This document shows positions 24,827 through 32,194 of a stretch of DNA of 32,194 bases, piece after piece. This DNA comes from a virus (lineage: Duplodnaviria > Caudoviricetes): positions 1 through 32,194 of the IMG/VR virus record IMGVR_UViG_3300027566_000027, one strand, 5' to 3'. How positions within the stretch are numbered: the first letter of the stretch is position 1; the number at the start of each line of letters is the position of its first letter. The notes below the pieces were generated by a model that searched no databases, was not told the DNA's origin, and worked only from the letters and a program-made list of their open reading frames with translations. The position numbers and the translations under genes were made by a program.

Positions 24827-25230
24827 AACATAAATATAACCGAACTGCTCAGTTAGCAGAAGAAGCAAGGATCAGGGGTTTAAAAGAAGATCTAAACGAT
24901 CTGACTATTGAAGAACAAATAATAGCTAAATTAGTAGAGACTATTTACCGATATAAAACCAATCAGTTAGAATTAAAGGCCGCCTTAGCCCTACTAAATA
25001 TGCCCGAGGACCTATTTCTAAGACTCTGCGAAAAACGTGGAGATATCATTTGCGCGCGTTATGACGGGTCATATAAGATCAATCCCGAAGAAGTTACTAA
25101 TTTCTTAATCGAACGCGATCGTAATTTAGGAGAAGCGATTGCCCAGGGGTTAAAGGACGGTTTAAAATTAGATTATGGGGCCGCTTTATCCGAGTCAATC
25201 TTATCCCTGGATGAGAAAAAGGAGGAGTAA
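24820..25230 (+). CDS. Hypothetical protein with possible excisionase-like HTH
   Basis: LELKAALALLNMPEDLFLRLCEKRGDIICARYDGSYKINPEEVTNFL resembles MerR/Xis-type HTH. Confidence 0.65.
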   Translation: MGQHKYNRTAQLAEEARIRGLKEDLNDLTIEEQIIAKLVETIYRYKTNQLELKAALALLNMPEDLFLRLCEKRGDIICARYDGSYKINPEEVTNFLIERDRNLGEAIAQGLKDGLKLDYGAALSESILSLDEKKEE

Positions 25231-25233
25231 GAT

Positions 25234-25395
25234 ATGGGCCAACATAAAACCAATCCAAATGTTAAACTCGCTAAGGAAGGTCTTTTACCTAAGACGCCTA
25301 AAAAGAAGAGCAAACAGTGCTATGAACGAGAAGTGTTTGATATTGCGTTCGAGAAATTATTTGGTTGGTTACCTTTTAGAAGGAGGTATGATTAA
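25234..25395 (+). CDS. 53-aa basic peptide (not in ORF track)
   Basis: AAGGAGGAG RBS; MGQHKTNPNVKLAKEG..., N-terminus similar to 24820 gene. Confidence 0.65.
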   Translation: MGQHKTNPNVKLAKEGLLPKTPKKKSKQCYEREVFDIAFEKLFGWLPFRRRYD

Positions 25396-25535
25396 TGACT
25401 TTCTGGCTTCCATATATAAAGAAAGAAGAATATGAGTCTCTTCCATCAAAGAGCCGAGCTTTCTTCTTATGGTGTCCGGTCTGTCAACATTACTATCTAC
25501 GGACACCTGGGGTTTGTTCTCATGATGCCTGTTGA
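25395..25535 (+). CDS. 46-aa Cys/His peptide, paralog of 19648-19785 (not in ORF track)
   Basis: AAGGAGG RBS; MTFWLPYIKKEEYESLPSKSRAFFLWCPVCQHYYLRTPGVCSHDAC. Confidence 0.7.
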   Translation: MTFWLPYIKKEEYESLPSKSRAFFLWCPVCQHYYLRTPGVCSHDAC

Positions 25536-25803
25536 TTATGAGGATGACGAAGAGGCGATATTATGCGAATACTTCTATAATTATTACGATCCGCATGACA
25601 CAATAATGCTTTATTATGACGTAGGCGCTAATATCTTTGTGGATGACTATGGTAATATTTATCACGATATTTACCATCTATTACACCCATGGCAGGTATT
25701 TCTATTCAAAAAATATAAAGAATGCTGTACGTTTCCTAATGTCACAAACACCTTCCTTGTCGAATTAGTATATCCGGATTATATGTATTTAAGACATACT
25801 TAG
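25522..25803 (+). CDS. Hypothetical protein, paralog of 24266-24550
   Basis: Start moved to 25522 to avoid overlap with the Cys/His peptide and match paralog length. Confidence 0.65.
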   Translation: MMPVDYEDDEEAILCEYFYNYYDPHDTIMLYYDVGANIFVDDYGNIYHDIYHLLHPWQVFLFKKYKECCTFPNVTNTFLVELVYPDYMYLRHT

Positions 25804-25819
25804 AAAGGATATTTTAAAT

Positions 25820-25993
25820 ATGAATAAATTAATATCAAAGAAACTCAGATATATGTTAATATATGCCTCCACAACATTCGTAGCCTATCTAATAGACGCC
25901 TATGTAATAAACATAACTGGGTTTCTTATTGGAGCCGTAATCACCTCGTTGTATATTAAATTAGATAATAAGCGTTTGAAAGGAGATAGATAA
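25820..25993 (+). CDS. 57-aa two-TM peptide (not in ORF track)
   Basis: AAAGGA RBS; hydrophobic LIYASTTFVAYLI / ITGFLIGAVITSLYI. Confidence 0.6.
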   Translation: MNKLISKKLRYMLIYASTTFVAYLIDAYVINITGFLIGAVITSLYIKLDNKRLKGDR

Positions 25994-25996
25994 CCA

Positions 25997-26242
25997 GTGG
26001 ATTTGGATTTTAGATTTAAAGAGGGACAAAAACTTTCCGTATTGATATACGACGGTTTTTCTGAACTTGAAGCTGAGACCATATACAAAACCCTCGAAAA
26101 AAACTGGATTGAGGATACTCCAATCGAACTGAGGGGCTCTGGTTTTAAATTAAAAATCGAAGATGTTGAGATTCGTAGAATTCCTGATTTTGAAACGCAT
26201 GGGACCCATTACAAAATAACAGTGAAAGGGGAATTAATATGA
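25997..26242 (+). CDS. Hypothetical protein
   Basis: TTGAAAGGAG RBS + GTG. Confidence 0.7.
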   Translation: MDLDFRFKEGQKLSVLIYDGFSELEAETIYKTLEKNWIEDTPIELRGSGFKLKIEDVEIRRIPDFETHGTHYKITVKGELI

Positions 26243-26922
26243 ACACCAATTTAAGAAGTATAGTAATGTTTGCCTTGGGAGCTGGTGCAGGCTCTTTTAT
26301 TACTTGGAGAGTTCTGAAGGAGCAATATGATGTCCTTCTCCTATCAGAGATAGAATCTGTAAAGGAAGTGTATGGACGAGGTGGTAGTGATCCGAAGGAA
26401 TATCATGGCGACGGAACCGATTTAGTAGATGAAGGGTTTTATACCTCTAACTCAGAGCCGCCTGTTTTGAAAGAACGAATGAAATACAAGAGATACGTAA
26501 AAGAAAATACGCCTTATAATGAAATAAGAAAAGCTAATGAGGGATTGCTGGCAAATTTAGCTGAGCCAGAACCTGCAGATAAAGATACATCTTGTTATGT
26601 TATCTCTATTTCACAATTCGGTGCTGAACGAGAGGATTATGAAACGTTGTCGCTCAGCTATTACGAAGGTGATGACACTTTAGCTGATGAGAAGGACGAG
26701 ATTATTCAGGACGTAATAGGTACTGTTGGGGAAGGTTTGTTATGCTTTGGCGACCAGTCTGAAGACCCTGATGTAGTGTACGTACGAAACGAACGATTAG
26801 GTATTGATTATGAAATCGTACGTCTCCATAAGAGTTATCAAGAGACGGTTTTAGGTATTCATAGTGCCCCATCTTTATCTAAACGAATATTAGTAAGGAG
26901 GAGGCCTAATGAGGAGAGTTAA
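26239..26922 (+). CDS. Conserved phage protein, N-terminal TM + acidic domain
   Basis: FALGAGAGSFITW...EIESVKE...YVIS...LSYYEGDDTLADE...FG...DVVYVRNERL..DYEI. Confidence 0.8.
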   Translation: MNTNLRSIVMFALGAGAGSFITWRVLKEQYDVLLLSEIESVKEVYGRGGSDPKEYHGDGTDLVDEGFYTSNSEPPVLKERMKYKRYVKENTPYNEIRKANEGLLANLAEPEPADKDTSCYVISISQFGAEREDYETLSLSYYEGDDTLADEKDEIIQDVIGTVGEGLLCFGDQSEDPDVVYVRNERLGIDYEIVRLHKSYQETVLGIHSAPSLSKRILVRRRPNEES

Positions 26923-27505
26923 CAGGGACACGAATCCAGAAATGTCTTTTGAAACCGAGATTCGTGATGAATATTTCTCGTATCTTTGTGATATTATCAA
27001 CGTTGAAACGCGACGTACCAGTTACTTTATTCTTGCTGGGATTCTGCATAATCGGGATTTTACATGGTTCGTACCTAATGATGATAACAGGACTATGGAC
27101 GGTCTGAAGTTGCGTGAGCAGTTTGCTGAGAAGGCTAGATATAATGTATTGTATGCTTTGAATTTCCCTTGCTCAATGCTGGAGATGTTGATTGGTGTAG
27201 CAAGGCGTATGGAGGATATTCTGTATGATTGCGAGCAAGGTGATCGTACAGAGCGTTGGTTCTGGGAAATCATGAGTAATCTTGGTCTTGACAGATATAC
27301 GGATATGAAGTACGAAGACATGTATGGTAAAGAAAGAATCGACGTTTTAATAGATGCTGTGCTGGCACGGACGTATAAAAGGAATGGGAAGGGCGGTCTA
27401 TTTCCTCTAAAAAATCCAAAAAAAGACCAAAGAAAGGTTGAAATTTGGTATCAAATGTGCGCTTATTTGGACGAGAATTATTTTGCTGGGGGATGCCTTT
27501 TATAG
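26909..27505 (+). CDS. Conserved phage protein upstream of origin-like region
   Basis: DDNRTMDGLKLR...CSMLEMLIGVARR...WFWEIMSNLGL...GGLFPL...VEIWYQMCAYL. Confidence 0.8.
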   Translation: MRRVNRDTNPEMSFETEIRDEYFSYLCDIINVETRRTSYFILAGILHNRDFTWFVPNDDNRTMDGLKLREQFAEKARYNVLYALNFPCSMLEMLIGVARRMEDILYDCEQGDRTERWFWEIMSNLGLDRYTDMKYEDMYGKERIDVLIDAVLARTYKRNGKGGLFPLKNPKKDQRKVEIWYQMCAYLDENYFAGGCLL

Positions 27506-27569
27506 GTTAAAAATAGGTAATATTTGGTAATTTAGAGGGTAATATGAGACGAAAATGATGAAAAAAAAA

Positions 27570-27865
27570 GTGTAACAAAAACGTCACAAAACGTAACAAA
27601 AACGTCACAAAACGTAACATTTGTGACACTTTTGAAAAAAATATTTTTCGGATTTTTCGGAAATTTGAAAAAGTGTGACAAAAAAGTGTCACAGTGTGAC
27701 GTTTTTAAAAAAAAGTGTAACAGGCTTCAGCCTTACAGCGGCGGGCGTTTCCAAGATCGTGTTACGTTTTTACACTTTTTTCTCTAAAACTTTATATAGA
27801 GAAAATATAATATATATAAAAGTTTTAGAAAATTAGTGTAAAAGTGTCACAAACGTAACAAAAAA
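27570..27865. repeat. Candidate replication origin: GT(A/C)AC / GTGAC iterons and large imperfect inverted repeat around an AT-rich core
   Basis: 21-bp tandem GTAACAAAAACGTCACAAAAC x2.3 at 27572-27619; many GTGTCAC/GTGACA/GTAACA copies; IR TCTAAAACTTTATATA / TATATAAAAGTTTTAGA within 27760-27860. Confidence 0.7.
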
Positions 27866-27898
27866 CGATTTTTGCAAGAAAAGAGGAGGAAAAATAGA

Positions 27899-28138
27899 AT
27901 GGACCATAATACAGTCGATCCGAACGTGAGAATAGCGTATATTTTACAAAATGGAGAATGGGTTCGGGTCAATGGTATGGATATTAAAAAAGGGATGGTT
28001 TTTAAATTATATGAGCCGGACGGCGTGACTCCCGTTTTACATTATGATGGCGGGGATATAGTTATAGCGTTGGCAGATTCTTATATGAACGATAATGGGG
28101 TTATCACTACATGCTGTGAACCTTTTTATTTAACCTAA
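27899..28138 (+). CDS. Hypothetical protein
   Basis: GAGGAGG RBS then ATG 27899. Confidence 0.65.
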   Translation: MDHNTVDPNVRIAYILQNGEWVRVNGMDIKKGMVFKLYEPDGVTPVLHYDGGDIVIALADSYMNDNGVITTCCEPFYLT

Positions 28139-28169
28139 AGGATATATTTTCAGCGAAAGAGGGTGACAC

Positions 28170-31100
28170 ATGGACTTTTATCAAATTAAAGAAAGGAGCA
28201 CGAAAAATGGTGTTGTAGAAATCTATCCGGATTTCAGAATATGTCGTTCGAAGGATTTGATGGTTCGTGGAAGATCCTTTTACGCCATTTGGGATGAAGA
28301 GAGAAATATATGGTCAACTGATGAGTATGATGTTCAGAGACTCGTCGATGCAGATCTTCTAAAACATAAAGAGAAAATGGCTGGCAGGACAGATGGAAAT
28401 ATAGTGGTCAAGCTAATGAGTGATTTCTCATCTACGTCCTGGGCAATGTTTAGGAAGTATATGCAAAATATATCCGATAATGCTCATCAGTTGGATGAAA
28501 AGTTAACATTTGTAAACACAGAAGTAAAAAAGAGCGATTATATTAGTACTCGGTTGCCTTATCCACTTGAGAAAGGAGTTTATGATGCGTATGACGAAAT
28601 TATTGGAACCCTCTACGACCCCGACGAGCGAGCTAAGCTTGAGTGGGCGATTGGAGCTGTTGTGTCAGGGGATGCAAAAATTATTCAAAAGTTTATCGTC
28701 CTTTATGGAGAAATGGGCTCAGGCAAGTCGACAATTCTTAACATTATTCAAAGTTTATTCCAAGGTTATTATACGACCTTCGAAGCAAAAGCGCTTACCT
28801 CTTCGAGCAACTCGTTCTCCACAGAAGTCTTCAAATCTAATCCTCTTATCGCAATACAACACGATGGCGACTTATCTAAAATCGAAGATAACTCGAAATT
28901 TAACTCTATCATTTCACATGAGGAGATGACAATGAATGAGAAGTATAAACCTTCGTATACGGCGAGGGTTAATTCCTTCTTGTTTATGGCCACTAACAGG
29001 CCCGTGAAGATCACGGATGCAAAATCTGGTATAATACGTCGTCTCATAGATGTGAAGCCGTCAGGACGCAAAATACCGGCTAAGAGATATCAAGCATTAA
29101 TGTCCCAAGTTGATTTTGAGTTAGGGGCTATTGCCTCGCATTGTCTTGAGGTGTATAGAAAGATGGGTAAGAATTACTATGCGAGTTATCGGCCTTTAGA
29201 AATGATATTACAAACCGACGTCTTCTTCAATTTTATCGAGGCAAATTATCAGATATTCAAAGAACAAGATGGCGTTTCTTTATCGCAGGCTTATGATATG
29301 TATAAAACATACTGCGATGAAGCATTAATCGAGTTTAAGTTACCACGGCATAAATTTAGGGAGGAGATGAAGAACTACTTTCAGACATTTATGGATGTGG
29401 CAAGAATCGAGGGAAAACAGACGCGAAGTTATTATCAGGGATTCATATCAGATAAATTCACAAACATCAAAGAGGAAAAAGAGGAACATCAAAATGTATT
29501 AGTTCTTGATTGTACTGAATCTATATTTGATGAGTTGTGCGCTAACTGTCCATCACAATACGCTAATAATGATGGAATACCACCTAAAAAATGGTCTAAT
29601 AATAATACTAAATTGTCCGAGATAAACACGAAGAAGCTCCATTATGTAAAAGTACCAAGTAATCATATAATAATAGATTTTGATCTCCAAGATGAGAAGG
29701 GAAATAAGTCGCTTGAACGTAATGTGGAAGCTGCTAGTAAATGGCCATCTACATATGCCGAATTTAGTAAAAGCGGTAATGGGTTGCATCTCCATTATAT
29801 TTACGATGGTGACGCAACAAAACTTAGTCGGGTTTATGAGGAGGGAATTGAAATAAAAGTTTCTGTTGGAGAAGCGTCACTTCGCAGAAAACTTACTAAA
29901 TGCAACAACATACCAATTATGACCATAAACTCAGGATTACCCTTGAAAGGAGAAAAGATGATTAATTTTGATGTGGTTAAAAATGAGAAGGCGATACGTC
30001 GACTCATAGAAAAAAACCTTCATAAAGAATATCATCCGGGCACCAAGCCAAGTGTGGATTTTATTTACAAAATACTTGATGACGCATACAAAAGCGGTTT
30101 GACCTATGACGTCACAGATTTGCGTCCTAAGCTCTTAGCCTTCGCCAACAATAGTTCGCATCAGGCCGACTACTGTATCAAGCGTGTAGGGCAAATGAAG
30201 ACTAAATCAGACGATATCAGCGTACCGATTAATAACTATGAGACAGATATCTTGACTTTCTTTGATGTCGAAGTGTTTCCTAATCTTTTTGTGATTGTTT
30301 GGAAACATAAAGGTGGTCAGAAAGTAAAGATGATTAATCCGTCAGCCGTTGAGGTAGAGGAACTCTTTAGATTTAAATTAGTCGGTTTCAATTGTCGGCG
30401 GTATGATAATCATATTCTGTATGCCGCTTATATAGGTTATAATAACGAACAACTTTATGAACTTAGTCAACGATTAATTAAGAACAGTCGTAATGGAACG
30501 TTTGGCGAAGCTTATAATATCTCATACGCAGATGTATATGATTATTCATCGAAGAAACAGAGTTTAAAGAAATTTGAAATCGAACTTGGTATCCACCACC
30601 ACGAGTTAGGAATTCCTTGGGACCAACCCGTGCCAAAAGAAAGATGGTTAGAGGTAACTGATTATTGTGGCGATGACGTTGATGCGTTAGAGGCAGTGTT
30701 TGACGACCCCGAGAGACAACAAGATTTCGTAGCAAGACAAATATTAGCCGATCTTAGTGGGCTAACTGTAAATGATACTACGCAAATGCATACCGCAAAA
30801 ATTATATTTGGTAACGATAAGCGTCCGCAGGATAAATTTATCTATACTGATCTATCCAAGCCAGTATTAACTCTAGACACCACAACCCATGAGTTTTTAA
30901 GACATAAGACTATAATGCCTTTAGAATTTAAAGATAGGCATGGAAATGTTAGCATGCTTCCGTTTTTTGAAGGTTATACATTTGATCATGGGAAGAGTTT
31001 CTATAGAGGCGAAGAGACAGGAGAAGGCGGTTATGTTCATGCTGAGCCAGGTATGTATGTTGATGTTGCGCTCTTAGATGTGGAATCAATGCATCCAACC

Positions 31101-32099
31101 AGTGCGATTGAGATGAATATATTCGGACCATATACAAAAAACTATGAGGAACTCAAAGCCGCACGTTTAGCTATAAAACATAAAGATTATGAATTAGCGA
31201 AGACAATGCTTGGCGGGATACTTGCTAAATATCTTACAACAGATGAACAAGCTACAGCTCTGTCTTACGCGTTGAAGATTGTAATCAATATTGTTTATGG
31301 TTTAACTTCGGCAAAATTCGAGAATAAATTTAAAGATCCACGCAATGTTGATAATATAGTGGCGAAGCGTGGAGCTCTATTTATGATTGATTTGAAGCAT
31401 GCTGTATGGGAGAAAGGATTTAAGGTCGCGCATATTAAAACTGACTCCATCAAAATTCCAAACGCAACTCCAGAGATCATACAATTTGTTATGGAGTTCG
31501 GAAAGAAATATGGATATAAATTTGAACACGAGGCAACTTATGATAGGTTCTGTCTGGTAAACGATGCCGTCTATATCGCAAGATACAAAGACGGTAAGAA
31601 AGCTGGTCAATGGACCGCAACTGGCGCTCAGTTTGCACAACCATATGTCTTCAAAACATTATTCAGTAAAAAACCTATCGTATTCAGCGATATGTGTGAA
31701 ACTAAGACGGTTACCTCTGCGCTTTATCTTGATATGATAGAAACCGTACCAACAGATGAGCATAATTATCACTTCGTCGGTAAAGCTGGCTCCTTCTGTC
31801 CGATCAAGCCCGGTTGCGGAGGCGGTATACTTCTTCGAGAGAAAGATGGTAAATATTATGCCGCTACTGGAAGTAAAGGATATCGTTGGCTTGAGGCCGA
31901 AGTTGTAACCGTTCTGAAAAAAGAGGACGATGTTGATGTAGGTTACTATAAGAACCTCGTGGATTCTGCGGTTGGTACGGTTTCTAAATTTGGCGACTTC
32001 GAATGGTTTATTTCTGATAAAAATCCATGGGAGTATCCAGAGTGTAAGGATAATAATTGCCCCGAGTGTCCCCGTTCAGGGGTGTGTATACCATTTTAA
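28170..32099 (+). CDS. Helicase-primase-DNA polymerase fusion (SF3-like P-loop helicase + AEP-like primase + 3'-5' exonuclease + family B polymerase)
   Basis: Walker A GEMGSGKST; FMATN; IIIDFD and SKSGNGLHLHY primase-like motifs; FFDVEVF exo I; LLDVESMHP, KIVINIVYG, HIKTDS as PolB motifs A/B/C. Confidence 0.9.
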   Translation: MDFYQIKERSTKNGVVEIYPDFRICRSKDLMVRGRSFYAIWDEERNIWSTDEYDVQRLVDADLLKHKEKMAGRTDGNIVVKLMSDFSSTSWAMFRKYMQNISDNAHQLDEKLTFVNTEVKKSDYISTRLPYPLEKGVYDAYDEIIGTLYDPDERAKLEWAIGAVVSGDAKIIQKFIVLYGEMGSGKSTILNIIQSLFQGYYTTFEAKALTSSSNSFSTEVFKSNPLIAIQHDGDLSKIEDNSKFNSIISHEEMTMNEKYKPSYTARVNSFLFMATNRPVKITDAKSGIIRRLIDVKPSGRKIPAKRYQALMSQVDFELGAIASHCLEVYRKMGKNYYASYRPLEMILQTDVFFNFIEANYQIFKEQDGVSLSQAYDMYKTYCDEALIEFKLPRHKFREEMKNYFQTFMDVARIEGKQTRSYYQGFISDKFTNIKEEKEEHQNVLVLDCTESIFDELCANCPSQYANNDGIPPKKWSNNNTKLSEINTKKLHYVKVPSNHIIIDFDLQDEKGNKSLERNVEAASKWPSTYAEFSKSGNGLHLHYIYDGDATKLSRVYEEGIEIKVSVGEASLRRKLTKCNNIPIMTINSGLPLKGEKMINFDVVKNEKAIRRLIEKNLHKEYHPGTKPSVDFIYKILDDAYKSGLTYDVTDLRPKLLAFANNSSHQADYCIKRVGQMKTKSDDISVPINNYETDILTFFDVEVFPNLFVIVWKHKGGQKVKMINPSAVEVEELFRFKLVGFNCRRYDNHILYAAYIGYNNEQLYELSQRLIKNSRNGTFGEAYNISYADVYDYSSKKQSLKKFEIELGIHHHELGIPWDQPVPKERWLEVTDYCGDDVDALEAVFDDPERQQDFVARQILADLSGLTVNDTTQMHTAKIIFGNDKRPQDKFIYTDLSKPVLTLDTTTHEFLRHKTIMPLEFKDRHGNVSMLPFFEGYTFDHGKSFYRGEETGEGGYVHAEPGMYVDVALLDVESMHPTSAIEMNIFGPYTKNYEELKAARLAIKHKDYELAKTMLGGILAKYLTTDEQATALSYALKIVINIVYGLTSAKFENKFKDPRNVDNIVAKRGALFMIDLKHAVWEKGFKVAHIKTDSIKIPNATPEIIQFVMEFGKKYGYKFEHEATYDRFCLVNDAVYIARYKDGKKAGQWTATGAQFAQPYVFKTLFSKKPIVFSDMCETKTVTSALYLDMIETVPTDEHNYHFVGKAGSFCPIKPGCGGGILLREKDGKYYAATGSKGYRWLEAEVVTVLKKEDDVDVGYYKNLVDSAVGTVSKFGDFEWFISDKNPWEYPECKDNNCPECPRSGVCIPF

Positions 32100-32125
32100 A
32101 TTTTGAAAGGAGAATAAAAATAAAT

Positions 32126-32194
32126 ATGAATGTTCTTGTGTTGCAGTTTAATGGAATATTAAGTAACTTTGAAAAAGAAAAAGTTAAAAATGAC
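32126..32194 (+). CDS. Start of next gene (3'-truncated)
   Basis: TTTTGAAAGGAG RBS then ATG; open to window end. Confidence 0.55.
   Translation, partial: MNVLVLQFNGILSNFEKEKVKND

Noticed and set aside
25175-25521. ORF 25175-25435 and the N-terminal extension of 25432-25803
   Set aside because: Better explained by RBS-led ORFs 25234-25395 and 25395-25535, the latter having a clear paralog.
1370-31640. All minus-strand ORFs in the track
   Set aside because: They lie antisense to well-supported + genes or in the repeat region, lack RBSs and recognisable motifs.
1-32194. Stop-codon reassignment
   Set aside because: Long genes are uninterrupted under the standard code and TAA, TAG and TGA all end genes directly before the next RBS.

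Overview
Single-strand-coded (all credible genes on +) segment of a tailed dsDNA phage, probably infecting a low-GC Firmicute (strong AGGAGG-type RBSs, Amidase_2 endolysin, r1t-type holin). The gene set (DUF6353-like paralogs, many tiny membrane proteins, a giant helicase-primase-PolB fusion, repeated TCGC-N7-AC-N6-TATAAT promoters) resembles, from memory, the group containing actinobacteriophage clusters AM/AU/AW/BI/CC/DJ/EL and their Firmicute-infecting relatives. Layout: 1-10.9 kb tail/receptor-binding genes with an inserted HNH gene; 10.9-12.4 kb lysis; 12.6-19.6 kb an array of short transcription units built as promoter-gene-terminator cassettes, two of which carry T-arm-less tRNA-like RNAs instead of an ORF; 19.6-27.5 kb small, often duplicated early/middle genes; 27.5-27.9 kb an iteron/inverted-repeat origin-like region; 28.2-32.1 kb the replicase fusion, which has an in-frame internal RBS+ATG just upstream of its exonuclease/polymerase half. 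Family assignments are from motif recognition only; no searches were run.
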